Shown in pieces: positions 11,930 through 24,614 of a stretch of DNA of 64,000 bases. The notes under the pieces are model-generated. The model was not told where the DNA came from. It searched no databases and saw only the letters and a program-made list of their open reading frames with translations. This DNA comes from Chiloscyllium plagiosum (lineage: Eukaryota), in assembly GCF_004010195.1 (NCBI RefSeq), contig NC_057755.1, forward strand, positions 4,963,643-5,027,642, given 5' to 3'. A program made the translations under genes and the position numbers. Each line of letters opens with the position of its first letter. Position 1 is the stretch's first letter.

Positions 11930-13555
11930 AGCTGGCATCGAATTTGGAACCAGAAAAGACAATGGCAAAACACAAACAGCCCTGTCAAGCATGTTCTCCT
12001 TGCGAATATCTGGAGATTCATGCCGAAATCGGGAGAGCAGTCTCACAGACTAGTCAAGCAACAGCCTGACACTATCATCTGTATAGAATTATACATTACA
12101 GTTAACATGCTAGACGCTACCATTACCATTCCTGGATATCTCCTGTCTCAGTGGCAGTACACAGTCTGGAGTGATGGCGGCACAGTGGTATTTGGAGGCG
12201 AGAGAGTTGCCTTGGGAGTCCTTGACATCAGCACCGGACCCAATGAAATCTCATAGCTTCAGGTTAAACGTGAAAAAAACCCTCTTGTTGGTTCGCACAC
12301 ACTGTCCTCCTTCGGCTGATGAATCTGTACTCCTCCATGTTGAACAACACTTGCAGGAAGCACTGAACGTGACAAGGACACAAAATGGACTCTGAGTGGG
12401 GGATTTCAGTGTCCACCACCAGGGGTGGCCCGGCAGCAGCATTACTGATCGAGTTGGTCTTGTACTAAAGTATATAGCTGCTGGACTGGATCTATTGCAT
12501 GGGTGAAGGAAACAGCAAGAGTTGATAGTAAGAAGAAACACACTTGATCTCATCCTTACGAATCTGCCGGCTTCAGTATCGGTAAAAGTGACCACCACAC
12601 TGTCCTTGTGGAAACAAAGACCTGCCTTCACATTGAGAATAACCTCCATCATTTTGTATGGCACAATCATCATGTTAAATAAGACAGATTTTGAACCGAT
12701 GTAGCAGCTCAAGAATGGACATCCATGAGGCACTGTGGGCCATGAACAGCAGCAGAATTGTACTCCAGCTCAATCCATAATCTCATGGCCTGCCATATCC
12801 CCCACTCATCCATTACCATCAAACCAGTGGAACAAACCTTGTTCAATGAAGAGCGCAGGATGGCATGCCAGAAACAATATCAGGCATATCTAAAAATGAG
12901 GTATCAACCTGGTGAAGCTACCAAACAGGATTACTTGCATGCCAATTGGCATAAACAGGAAGTGATGGACAGAGCTAAGAGAGCCCATAACCGAAGGATC
13001 AGATCTATGCGCTACAGTCCTTCCACATCCAATCGTGAATGGTGGGGGCCAATTAAACAAGACACTGGAAGAGGAGGCTCCACAAATATCCACATCCTCA
13101 ATGTTGGAGGAGCCCAGCACATCAGTGAAAAAATAAGGCTGTCGCGTCAAGCAGCACCTGCTCAGAATAATCTGTACAATAACGCCCAGTTTGGGTTTCG
13201 CCAGGGCCACTACGCTCCTGAAATCATTACAGTCTTGATTCACACATGGACAAACGAGTTGATTTCCAGAGGGGAGGTGAGAGTGACAGCCGTCGACATC
13301 AAGGCAGCATTTCACAGAGTAAGACACCAAGGAACACTGGCAAAACTGGAGTCAATGGGTATTAGGAGGCAAACACTCCATTGGTTAGAGTCACACCTGG
13401 CACACAGGAAGATCGCATTGGTTGTGGAGGGTCAGTCATCTCAGCTCCAGGACATCTCAACAGGAATCCCTTAGGGTAGTGCCTGAGGCCCAACAATCTT
13501 CAGCTGCATCATCAATGACCTTCTCTCTGTCATGAGGCCAGAAGTCGCGATGTTC
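11930..13555 (+). mobile_element. LINE (CR1/L2 group) ORF2 fragment with APE endonuclease and RT, internally deleted
   Basis: GDFSVHHQGW, NTLDLILTN, QFGFRQGH, AVDIKAAFHRVRHQG, GIP*GSA*GPTIF; several stops. Confidence 0.85.
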
Positions 13556-13559
13556 TCGA

Positions 13560-13880
13560 GAGTCGAGAGTGGGGTGCTGGAAAAGCACACAAGGTCAGGC
13601 AGCATCAGTGGGGCGGGAGAATCGACGTTTCAGGCATAAGCCTTTCATCAGGAAAGAGGCTTGTTAGCCAAGGCGGCTGAGAGATAAATGGAAGGGATGG
13701 GGCTGGGAGAGAAGGTAGTCGGGAATTCAAAATGTAGATGAAGGTGGGGTTGAAGGTGATAGGTCGGAGAGGAGGAAGGAGACGATAGTTGGGGTGCGAG
13801 ATGGACAGGTAAGACAGGTCAAGAGGGTGGTGCCGAGTTGGAAGATTGTATTTGGAATAAGGTGAGGGAGCGGCCATAGC
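13560..13880 (-). mobile_element. Penelope-like element 3' terminus with hammerhead motif
   Basis: Pyrimidine-rich tract followed by ttcCTGATGAaaggcttatgcctGAAAcgtcgattc on the minus strand; homologous to the ends of the GIY-YIG elements at 26.2 kb and 49.0 kb. Confidence 0.75.
13621..13654 (-). ncRNA. Minimal hammerhead ribozyme motif (Penelope-associated)
   Basis: CUGAUGA-A-AGGC(UUAU)GCCU-GAAA-C-GUC: intact core, 4-bp helix II, palindromic ACGU in place of helix III. Confidence 0.6.
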
Positions 13881-14354
13881 TTCTGAGGGAGAATTGCTGG
13901 CTCTCTCATCCTCATCTATATATTAGAGAAAGAACTATTTAAATAACTAAGGGACAACCCACATAAAAGGCATTCCTGATGGAAAAATAGATGTGGGAAA
14001 GAACAGATCATTCCAGAAGACACGAACCTGGTTGTAATTTCGAGAGACTTTTTTGTTATATGGGTGGGGCTTGTTTTTTATTGGAAACTTGCTTTTGTCA
14101 GGAAAAGTTAGCAGTTCTGAGGAATTTATTTGGTTTGTGAATGAATTAGTTAATTTGTTCAATGTTCAAGTTCGATAATTGAGTTGTTACGTGTTGATTT
14201 AAAATGAGTCTCAGGGATTTAGTTTCTTTAGACAGTAGATTTTCTGAAACGCAGGTTATACCACTTTTCGCAATCCTTTTACAGATTATAGAGGGAGGTG
14301 TTCCTTTTTGGGTTTGTCGGGTTTAGTTCTCAAAGGGGGTCAACCTCCGTTTTA

Positions 14355-15790
14355 TAACCAATCCCATCTACCTGTACTTGATCCATAAACCTCTATTCCC
14401 TCCCTGTTCGTGCGTCTGTCTTCTAAACATTTCACTCGTACCTGTTTCGAATATCTCCCCGGCAGTACATTCCAGACCCCTCCTTCGTTCTGTATGAAAA
14501 ACGCTTCCTCACGAATCTCCCTTAAACATTTCGCCTCACGCCTTAAATCGGTGCCCTCTAGTATTTGACATTTCGACAGTGGGAAGAAAAGTCTGCTGAT
14601 CAACCCTATCCACGCCTCATACGTTGCTATCAGGTCTCCCCTTAGCCTCCGATGCTCTAGCGAAAACAATTTACCTTTATCCAATATCTCCTTATAGCTA
14701 ATACACTCCAATTAAGGCAACAATCCTTGTAAACCTCTACTGCATCCTCTCCAATGTCTCTATCTTTCTTGTAGCATCGTGACCAGCATTACACATACTA
14801 CTCCAAATGTGGCATAACTGAAGTCTTATACAGCTACAATATGATTGCCAAATTGGCCACTCAATGCCTCAACTGATGAAGACATGCATGCTGTTTGACT
14901 TTCGTTAAACCACCTTACTAACTGGCATCACCACTTTCAGAAAACAATGGACTGTTACCCCAAGATCCTCTTTGCGTCACTGCTCCTCAGGATCCTATCA
15001 TTTACTGTATGCTTCCCACAAACGTTTGAGATCTCAAATGTATCACCTCACACATTTCCAGATTAAACTTCATCTGCTATTTTTTTGCCCAGATTTCCAA
15101 TTGATCTGCATCCTGCTGCATCCATTGAAATGAGAATAGTTCTGATGAAGGGTCACCGGATTTGAAACGTTAACTCTGCTTTCTTCCCACAGAAAATGCC
15201 ATACCTGTTGCGTTTCTCCAGCAATTTCTATTTTTCTTTTAGATTCCCAGCATCCGTAGTTCTTTATTGTAACTTAGTGTGTCATTTGATAATTTTCTTC
15301 ACTATCCACAAATTCAGCAATTTTCATGTCGGCTGCCAATTTACTAATTTCCTACATTTTTATCTGAGACGTACTTGCGAGCAACAGAGGCAAGCGCACA
15401 AATCTTTGTGCAAAACTGCGCTCATAGCCCTCCAATCCATTAAAAAAAAACACCGTTCCACTGGTACCCTCTGTCTCCAGCTTCCCTTTAATCCAATCCA
15501 GCTTAATCTTCTGGATCTTCTTGTTAAATACTTTACTGAAGTCAACGTAGACAACATCCACTGCTCTACCCCCATCAACCAGCCTAATCACTTCCTCACA
15601 GCTCAAACAATTTTGTGAGACAAGACTTCCCTCACACAACGTGAAACTGACTATCCCTCATAAGCCCATTGTTTTCCAAATGCAAATAATTCCTGTCTCT
15701 AAAGGTTTTCTCCAATAATTTCGCTACCACTGATGTAAGGCTCACTAGACTATAAATTCCTGGATTATCCCGTTACCTTTTTTAGACAAA
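14355..15790 (-). mobile_element. CR1 LINE fragments, interrupted near 15135-15270 by a hammerhead-bearing short element
   Basis: LFSLEHRRLRGDLIATY and GRAVDVVYVDFSKVF on the minus strand. Confidence 0.75.
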
Positions 15791-16494
15791 AGAACAACAT
15801 TGTCTATTCTTTAGTCTTCTGGGACTTCACTTATGGCTAAATGCAATTGAAATGTCACAGAAATCTCCATCATCGCTTCCTTCAGAAGTCTGGGTTAGAC
15901 ACCGGGAACGTATGTGCCTTAATGTTTTTGCAAGAAACCCAACACCTCTTCTGGTTAAACATGGCATAATGCGGGAAAATGTCAAATTTCTCATTTTTGA
16001 AAAGAGTGCAGAGTATTATTCAACTGGAGATAAACTTGTGCAGGACACACAGAAAGCTCACACCAAAGGGCAGCAAGATAGAAGGAGGGGTCATGGAATG
16101 AGTTGGCACTTATTTCCAGGAGGGTTGGAGTGTAAGAAGTGGGAAGTCTTGCTGCAGCTGTACACGGTGCTGGGGAGACCACATGCGGAGTACTGTGAGC
16201 AAATTCGGTCCTTTAATGAAGAAAAAGTATTATTCCATTGGAGGCACGGCACCAGGATGAGCCTTGGATGGAGGGATTGTCTCAGGAGCAAAGGATAAAC
16301 AGGCTGGGACTGTACTCACATTGGTTTATGAGAATGGGAGATGATCTCACTGAACCAGAGCGGGGTCTGACAGAGTCAATGCTGGGAGGGTGCTTCCCCT
16401 CATGGAAGGGACCAGTGCTAGAGGGCACAGCTTCAGACTAAAAGGGCACAAATTTCAGACTGAGACGGAGGAATTTCTTCGCTCAAAGGGTTGC

Positions 16495-16935
16495 GTGTTG
16501 GTTGCACATTAACCATGTAGTCAACATTCTCAGTCATTGTTGATGCCCACTCAAAATGGTTGGCCGTGTATATAGGACATTTTTCAAACACGAGGAGGAC
16601 AATAGAAAAGCTGCTGACGACTTTTGCAATGCATGGTCTCGGAGGAATTGACCTACTATGAGAAGCTATAGGACAAAAGAACCAACATACGTCCCCAGAC
16701 AGAGAGGAGGAGGAATGTCGTTAACCTATTGAGGACAGCCAAGTGGATGTAATAGAATTGGACTTCCCTGATTGGTGATTTGCTAACGTCCGATCAAGAG
16801 CCCTGGCTGTCAAGTGAACAAGTGTGTCCGACGTATGACAGCTGGCTGTGAGGAAGGGCGACCAGTGTCAAGTACTGTGTCCGTGTAAATAAAGGGTGAC
16901 TAGGTGACGGGATGCCAGCTTCCATGTATCTCTGT
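16495..16935 (+). mobile_element. Gypsy LTR retrotransposon remnant: integrase fragment, polypurine tract and 3' LTR
   Basis: VDAHSKWLAVY integrase motif near 16540-16572; PPT agagaggaggaggaa at 16701-16715 directly followed by tgtcg; aataaa near 16888. Confidence 0.7.
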
Positions 16936-17099
16936 GACTGTGTCGATGTCCAACGGGGTCTCTGTTGCTTTAGCGGTTATTCTCTCCCACTCCTTCTCTG
17001 TCTGTCTCTCTCTCTATGTATCCCACGCTCTCTTTCTGTGCCTCTTGTGTGAAAGACGACATAATATTAATCTTATGTTGATGTGTGTCTCCATATGTG

Positions 17100-18370
17100 T
17101 CTCTGCGTCTGTTTTCTATGTGTGCGTGTGCGCGTGTGTCCATCTCTCCCTGCAATGTGAATGACTTTATCCTGATGGACGTGAATGAATTAATTTACGT
17201 GTGGTGAATCAAAAGCTCAGAGCCCAATCTGCCCCATCTTTTCTCTCCACATCTTGTGTTTAAAGAGATACAATGTCACCCTCTTCTGGATTAGCCACGC
17301 CACTACAGAAGCAGTCGATTATCTTTGGAGACAGTATCAAAATCTGTGAATTACTGACGTTGAACGATTGTTTCCTTCTTCATAGGAAATGTATGGTGAT
17401 GCAGCACAGTTGTGTTCAATCCCTTGCGATGTTGTCCTTAAGATATAAACAGTAGGAACTGCACATCCCCAAAACTGGCTTCGAAGGGGTGGACGCTTGG
17501 AAGTTGTTTCCATCAGGCAGGGAGACTATGACCCGTGGGCACAACTGTAAAATTAGAGGGAATCAATTTAAAACGGAAGTGAGGAGATATTTTTTCAGCC
17601 AGAGTGGTAGGCCTGTGGAATTCATTGCCACGGAGCGCTGTGGAGGCCGGGACGTTGGGTGTCTTCAAGGCAGAAATTGAGAAATTCATAATCTCGCTAG
17701 GAATTAAGGTTTACAAGGAGAGTGCAGGTAAGTGTAATTGTAACGCCGATCAGCTATGACTAAATGGCGGTGTGGACACGATGGGCCAAATGGCCTTGCT
17801 TCCACTCCTATGTCTTATAGTCTTATGGTCTAAAACTGGTCTTAATTTCTCCGACTTTGAATATCACTTTGAACATGTGACAGAGCATCAGAAAACAATG
17901 GCAGCTGCAAAGTTCACCCTGTCTCCTCAAAAAACGTTTCCCTGGGAGGTGCCTGGATGCAGTTGGAATGGAAATGATCGAATAAATATCAATAATATCA
18001 GCAATATTGCGCAAAGACAAATTGTTTTCTCATTGTAGAGAAAATGCAACATTTCTCAACATGTGCATATTCTACACTGAGGGGCCTCATTACAATTGGA
18101 ATGTTCTCCACACCAGCATGTGAGTGTGTGTGTGTGTGAGAGTGTGTGTGTGTGTATGTTGATAGTGCCGTCAGTTTGGTTCGTACTGTGAGCTGCTGTC
18201 CTCCCTCTCTCCCTGTCTGAACGAATCCAAGGGGTTTCCCCCTCCATCACAGTGTGGTGGCTTGTGGTGGCCAGCAGAGGCGAGCATTTTATCACTTTCA
18301 ACATAAAGGGAGCTAAATTTCACGATGTTGACTCTCATACCCATGGCAGAACATTTCTCATTGGAGAGCA
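17100..18370 (+). repeat. Duplicated non-coding cassette, copy 2, with inverted CTCF-like motif pair and (GT)n
   Basis: Colinear with 6300-7560 apart from a CR1 insertion. Motifs at 17255-17309 (-): TGTAG-N13-CCAGAAGAGGGTGAC, and 18251-18305 (+): TGTGG-N13-CCAGCAGAGGCGAGC. Confidence 0.85.
17479..17831 (+). mobile_element. 5'-truncated CR1 insertion with 8-bp target-site duplication
   Basis: aaaactgg at 17471-17478 and 17832-17839; CR1 C-terminus RGHNCKIRGNQFKTEVRRYFFSQ; (tcttatgg)n-type tail. Confidence 0.88.
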
Positions 18371-18759
18371 TTGGCGAGGCAACCCACCCAGATGCTGATA
18401 AAACAGGGAGATCAACAATTTGCTATCATTTATTTGATGGGTGAGTTCTCATAACATCATGTGATCACCTTCCACAATTTCCCAACATGAAACTATTCAT
18501 CGTTGACTATTTGTCACATTAGCATGTGGTATGTCGAATTGCTACTCTGGAGTGAGACCATGCATGTTATCGTGGGGCACGTTCTCATATACTATTATAC
18601 TTAATTTAATCAGAAACCTCCTAAGTCTTAGATTTTGATGGAAATTTATGGAAGGTTCTAATCTGATTGTAACAATCACGTGGGAAATTCTATTCCCCTG
18701 GACAATTCCTTTGGATTGTGCTAAGGTGGGTTCCCAGATCAACTCTCTCTCTGGGCTGA

Positions 18760-19300
18760 GATAAGTAACCTCTGTCAGGAGTGTGATGGAATACTCCCCA
18801 CTTGTCTTGGATCGGAGCAGCTCCAGCAGCACTTAAGAAGCTTGATACCATTCAAGACAAAACAGCCCTTAGTTGATTGGAACCACATCCACAAATATCC
18901 CCTCATTCCACCACAGACACACAGGAGCAGCAGTGCATACTGTCTACATGATGCAGTGCAGATATTCGGCAAATATCCTGAGACAGCAACTACTGAACCC
19001 ACGACTACTTCCATCCAAAAAGGCAAGGGCTGCACCTACACGTGAACACTACACACCTGCAAATTACTCTCCGAGCCACTCACCATCTAGACTTGGAAAA
19101 ATAATACCATAACTCACTGTTGCTGGGTCAAGATCCAAGAATTTCTACTCTAACAAAATTTTGGTTGATGTGTATCCCGTGGACTTCAGTGTTTCAAAAA
19201 GGCAGCTCACTACCAACTTCGCAAGGGAGGGCTTTTAGGGGTGGGTAATAAATGTTGACCCAGCCAGCGACGCCCACATTCCACGAGTGAATTTTTAAAA
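18760..19300 (+). mobile_element. LINE 3' end (probably the same family as 11930-13555)
   Basis: VRSVMEYSPLVLDRSSSSST-type C-terminal motif and the tail aataaatgttgacccagccagcgacgcccacattcc. Confidence 0.65.
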
Positions 19301-19357
19301 AAAGTCATTCCATGGTCTGGATAAAAATAACCCACCTGTGGGTATCACTGAGGAGTT

Positions 19358-20259
19358 TTATTTATTCATAGCACAAGGAATTTGTGCAAACAGGTCGTTT
19401 ACTGCATTACTGATTTTTGCCCTGAACCTAGACAATGTCGCTGCATAAATAAATGTGTTTGTGCAACAACTTAGCCTCTGCAGCATGAAACCAATAATAC
19501 CGAAGTGATATAGAAAGGGTGGGTAATCATCAGGATTGATTCCTTGAATGACATAAAGTAAGAAATCTGCAACATTGATTAACCGCAGGAGGATGAAACT
19601 CCCAGATATGGTGAAGAGCAAAATCACAGACTTCCTTCTGCTCTCCATCTCTGGGTCTCTGCGATCCTCTCCATTGCTGTCAACCTTCAGTCTCTTCCGG
19701 GCTCGACTCGTCACCACAATGTGTCTGACTGTCACAGCATTGAGCAAGAGAATTAAAACGAATGGCAGTAAAGGGGTTAAAACCACATCAAGCGAATCTA
19801 ATGCCACCCACCAAGTCTCAGTATAGTAACTTGACTTTGTTTCACTGTAGAATGGCATATTGTTGATTATCACCCAAGGTTTATAGGCAAAATAGAAGGG
19901 GATGTTTTTCAAACAGAACAGGGAGCAGGTTGTTGCGAGAACCACAGTCGCCGTTTTCTCGTTGCAATATTTTGCTTTCAGCTTCTGACAACAGATGGTC
20001 ACAAATCTGTCAAAGGAGAAAGTGACAGTGAACCAGACAGAACAGTCTCTTGCTGCACGAAACAGGGCCCCAATAACACTACACACTGGAGTGAGGGACA
20101 GGAAAGACCGTGGGTAATAATAAAAGCGAAAACTCGTCAGTATAATGTCAGTGATAATGACCATCAGATCGGAAGCGGCCATAACCACCAGGTAGCGAGT
20201 AGTGCAAGGGGATACACCACACTTTCCCTGGGAAAGGAGAGCAATCGCCAGCATATTAA
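19358..20259 (-). CDS. GPR139/GPR142-like orphan class A GPCR, exon 2 (intact ORF)
   Basis: Acceptor ttcttccacag ending at 20260; 902 nt open: VNMLAIALLSQGKCGVSPCTTRYLVVMAASD...TPVCS...FSFDRFVTICC...RRKSVILLFTISGSF...LSCCTNTFIY...MNK*. With exon 1 gives 969 nt, 322 aa, seven hydrophobic segments. Confidence 0.92.
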
Positions 20260-21463
20260 CTGTGGAAGAAAAATTGGAAAAGACCTAATGAAATTCTGAT
20301 CAGTTATTCTCCATGCCTGTTCCAAAAATCAAGAATACCAATTTACCAAAACAATTTGGCACACCCTGTAAGTGCAAGTGATTGGATTTGAGTGAGGTTG
20401 AAATTAATGTTTCCACACCATCCTCACATTGTCCTCCAAGACAATCACTCTAGAGATTGCGGAATTTAGCCAGAGACTGACCTCATGTCCCACCTAGGAG
20501 AGCAGAAGGAGACCTGAGTTTAAGGTGACTGAGTGAATTTAACAGATTACTTCAGCTCCCAGCTCCAATCCGGCAGGCACAGAAACCTATTAGCAATCTT
20601 GCTCTCAACACTGTCATAAAACTGGCGATTATACTGTCAATAAACCAAATTTACCCCTTCTCCATGTTTCAAGTGATCTACTCTTCACATTGGACCAAAT
20701 CCTGATTGGAGCCGCAACAGGAAAAGGAAACATGTCCAAAGCAAAATCGGACGTTGCTGTAAAATCTCAGCAGTTCTGCACACATCTGTGAAGAAGAATC
20801 ACCGTTAGCGTTTCGGTCCCATTGACCCTTCCTCAGAACCAGATCCGATATGTTAACTCTGATTTTTCTTCACAGATGCTGCCAGACCTGACGAAATTTT
20901 CCAGCAACATCTGCTTCCATTTCTTTCGGATTTTATTCAGGAAACGGGTAATCAGAACGTGCATAAGATTTCAAACAAGACTACGCCATGTATCTTACTC
21001 AAGTTAGATTCGATTAGATTCCATACAGTGTGGAAACAGATGCTTCGACCCAACTAGTCAACACCGACCCTCCGAAGAATAACCCACCTCGACACATTTC
21101 CCCTCTGTGCCGCCCAAGTGCAGCATAACAGTACCTCCAGGGTTCGCTCAGTGACAACGTGTGAGTGTTAGCACTGCTGTGATATTTACAGTGATAATCT
21201 ACACATCTGTACATGACAAATGTCTCGATGTACAGGGATCAGGAGGGAAGTCTGCCAAGAGTTGTTCTCTCTGAACAGTGAAGTTGGGACTGTTTATCAG
21301 TGGATATTCTGCCGACAGTGCTGTTCAGTGAATTGCTATCACAGTTCTGGTTTCTGGATAAGGCTGACCAGTCAGTGAGCTGGGAAAAAAAATGTCCAAA
21401 TGTTAAAGGCAGAGATCAGCTCAGCAGCAGATTAAAACTAGTTTAATTATAATTTTACCATAC

Positions 21464-21530
21464 CAGGGATGCCAATAAAAGCAAGGATGGTGTCGAATAT
21501 CTTCTCTACGTGTTCAATTAGTCGAAGCAT
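21464..21530 (-). CDS. GPR139-like GPCR, exon 1 (N-terminus and start of TM1)
   Basis: agaaaaATG, MLRLIEHVEKIFDTILAFIGIP plus G, donor GTATGG; 67 nt, phase 1, in frame with exon 2. Confidence 0.88.
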
Positions 21531-21611
21531 TTTTCTGGGCGAATTGTCTGTCTCTTCATTGACAAGCTCCTTGTTTGAAATTCTGAGCTAATGCATTCCC
21601 AGCGTCGCTGC

Positions 21612-21617
21612 CTTATA
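21612..21617 (-). promoter_or_regulatory. Putative TATA box of the intact GPCR gene
   Basis: gTATAAGg 87 nt upstream of the ATG; equivalent gTATAAAT 82 nt upstream of the paralogous exon 1 at 60838. Confidence 0.55.
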
Positions 21618-22029
21618 CAGTGTGGAAGCTCCTTGGGGAGGTCGAGCTCCAGAATTGCTCAGCTTTGTTGCTATTTTCAAATTTCTGTAAATGAATAAAC
21701 TAATTACAGTATCAAGCTTAATTCCAAATATGGAGGAGCGTTGCCGTTCATACATCATAATGCAAGAACAAAAGCAGAATCTGGAATCTGCCAGCAATAA
21801 TGCTATCTACTCAAATACCATGAGCTCCATCCCACAAATTCTTCAACCGATGCAACATCGAGGTAGTTTATTCTGATTGTGAATATATGTCTCAGAGCTG
21901 TCCTTCAGTTCCCAGGGTAGGAGCTGCTTCGTCTTTGCAAAAGCACATTCCATTCATTCATTGAAACGTGAGTCTTCAGTCACATTGAATGTGGGCATTG
22001 TTGTCGAAAATTCAGCAGCTTTGTACAAA

Positions 22030-22605
22030 GAGTCAGAGGGTCATTCAGCCTGGAAGCTGACACATCGGCCGAATTTGCCCAAGCCGATAAGATATCCTAA
22101 ACTGAACTACTCCTATTTACCTGCATTTAGCCGATAACTGGCTAAACCTTTCCTATCCGTGCACCTGTCAGACTATATTTTAAATATTATAATTTCAGCA
22201 GCTTCCACCACATCCTCTGGCAGCTCATTCCATTACTGAACCACACTCTGCGTGAAAACGTTGCACCTCAGGTCCTTTTCAAATCTTTCATCTCTCACCA
22301 TAACACTATGTCCTCTAGTTTTGGACTCCCCTACCCTGGGGAAAAGACCCGGGCTAATCACCTTATTTCTGCTCGTGGTTTTATCATTCTCCATATGGTC
22401 AGCCCTCAGCCTCTAACGCTATATAGAGAAAACTCCCAGCCTATCTACTGAGCACTCAAACGCAACAATCCCAGTGACAGCCTTGTAAATCCTTATGTAA
22501 AACCAACTCCTGCACTCAATGCTGTGACCAATGAAGGCAAGTGTGTTATAAGCCTTCCTCGCCTTCCTGTCTAAATGTGACAACACTTTCAGTGAACTTT
22601 GTACT
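22030..22605 (-). mobile_element. CR1 LINE 3' fragment
   Basis: Similar to the CR1 3' ends at 7718-8065 and 53590-54190. Confidence 0.75.
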
Positions 22606-23589
22606 GCCTAGTGGTGGCTATTGCTCATGGAAAACTAATAGATTTTCTTAAAGCAAAGTAAAAACAGTCACTTGTTATTTTTTAACAAGAGCGTACTCAG
22701 AAGCTGCTCGTTGTTGGTAATTATTTTGTGATGTATTTTTCAGATTGTCACACATTCAATTCTCTGAGGAAGTATTGAAAAGTTTGGAATGGATTCCAAC
22801 ATGACATGATTTGTCTACAGGAAAAGAATGAAGGAGGGATTGTCAGTTCTGTCCACATGCTTGTGTACACATTGTGGGGACACTTATGAGAATTAACCCC
22901 TTGATGGAACTGCTTTGAGGGACTCGTATCTTTACAGATTTAGATAGAATGCATTGTGTCTGTATAAAACTGAGAACTGCAGATGCTGGAAATCTGAACA
23001 AGAATGTATTTCCCAAAAATACATGAGCTTGTTACACAAATTAGCACACTTCTATAATATGGATAAATACATCTCTATTACATTAATGAACATATATTTG
23101 TTGCGGAAAAAATAGCACATTTATTCCACGAGTGGATGCAAGTTTACTATACAAATGAACAGTCATTTATGACAGTTACTAACTCACGTTTATTATTCAA
23201 GTGAACACTTGTTTGTTACTCAAATTTAAAAAAATTGTTTCATACAGAAGTAAACACGGTTAATGAGCTGAAGATGTTTCATGACTAACACAGATGAGCT
23301 GTACAACAGCAGATGGGAGTGCATAATTCTCTATTACCTGCAGTGATGCATACGGTGAAGAAACTTAAAATGGCTGACTGATGAAGAAATGGAACAGTTG
23401 GAAGGTAGATGGAAGGATTTGGAAACAGGATACAGAATTATCAAATGAAAGAGCTGTTAAATCTGAGAGAAGGCATACGATTGAGTTCAGAATTCACCGA
23501 GAACGAGAATGCCAGAGAGGCAGCACTGTAAGCAAAATAACATTGAAATATAAAAGGACATTAACATCTCACATAATGGGAAAGAAAGA

Positions 23590-23950
23590 GGAGTGATCTC
23601 ACTGAAACATGCAGAATTAAGGGGCTACACAAGATTGATGTTGATAGGATGCTTCCCCTACGGCAGAGTCAAGGACAAAAGGACATCGTGTCAGAATAAA
23701 GGAACATCAGTTTAATACTGAGATAAGGCGGATTTTCTTCACTTGGAGGATTGTCAGACTTGCAATCGACTTGCCACAGAGAGTGCTGCTGAGATAGATT
23801 CATGATCTTCGGGGAAATCAAGTTTTCTAAGGAAAAAGAAGGAATGTGAACATGAGTATTGTGAGATCATCCATGATCTAATGAATGGTTCAGCAATCTC
23901 GAGGAGCTGAATGGCCTACCTCTGTTCCCATTTCGTATGATCTGATAGTC
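23590..23950 (+). mobile_element. CR1 LINE 3' fragment
   Basis: gatctcactgaaaca...tttaatactgagataaggcggattttcttcac...gaatggcctacctctgttccc. Confidence 0.7.
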
Positions 23951-24614
23951 TCATTAGTGGTGCTAGAACTGAACCACAAGCCACGCTCCTCCTTATACTT
24001 GACTAAAAACCTGAAAATAATTGAATTCAATTGAGAACAGTGCAACGATCAGCTCGGTATTCTAACAACGTCAGCTTTTTAAAGGTTTTGTTTTGTCGTC
24101 TGGTGCTCTTCAGAGATGTTTCCCTTGCTTTCTGCTTAGTTTGGGAAGTTATGTTGACTCGTGTGCTTGTGAGAAATGGTGTAAAAATTATTCTCATAAA
24201 AAAACTACATGCTTTGAGAAAGAGAGACAGCAGATGCCCCAGTTTTCTTCCTGTTCTAGGCTTCACTCTGCTTCAGTGGAGAAAATAACCCACCGAGGTT
24301 TAGCCACGAACAAACAATATTGGTCAATGGATCTCATTTCTTCAAAAGTTGCCACTGACATTGTACTGCATGTGTGTATGTAGATTCAACCTGTTGTCAA
24401 CATCAACAAAACCACAACCCGTTCGTATAGAAACTGCACATCTTCAATGTACCAGGTTAAATGAACAATGTGCTGTCAATGTGAATGTTTCTTCCCTCGA
24501 TATCAGCCACTCATTATTTGTGCTGAGATTATAAATTGGTTCGAAATATCTATGATTTGAAGATTGCCGCGTTTACTTAAGCAGTTCAGACCATTCCTAG
24601 ACAGACCAAGTATA

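Noticed and set aside
18230..18290. CACAGTG heptamer resembling a V(D)J recombination signal
   Set aside because: No nonamer at 12 or 23 nt, not conserved in the other cassette copies, and no V or J segments nearby.
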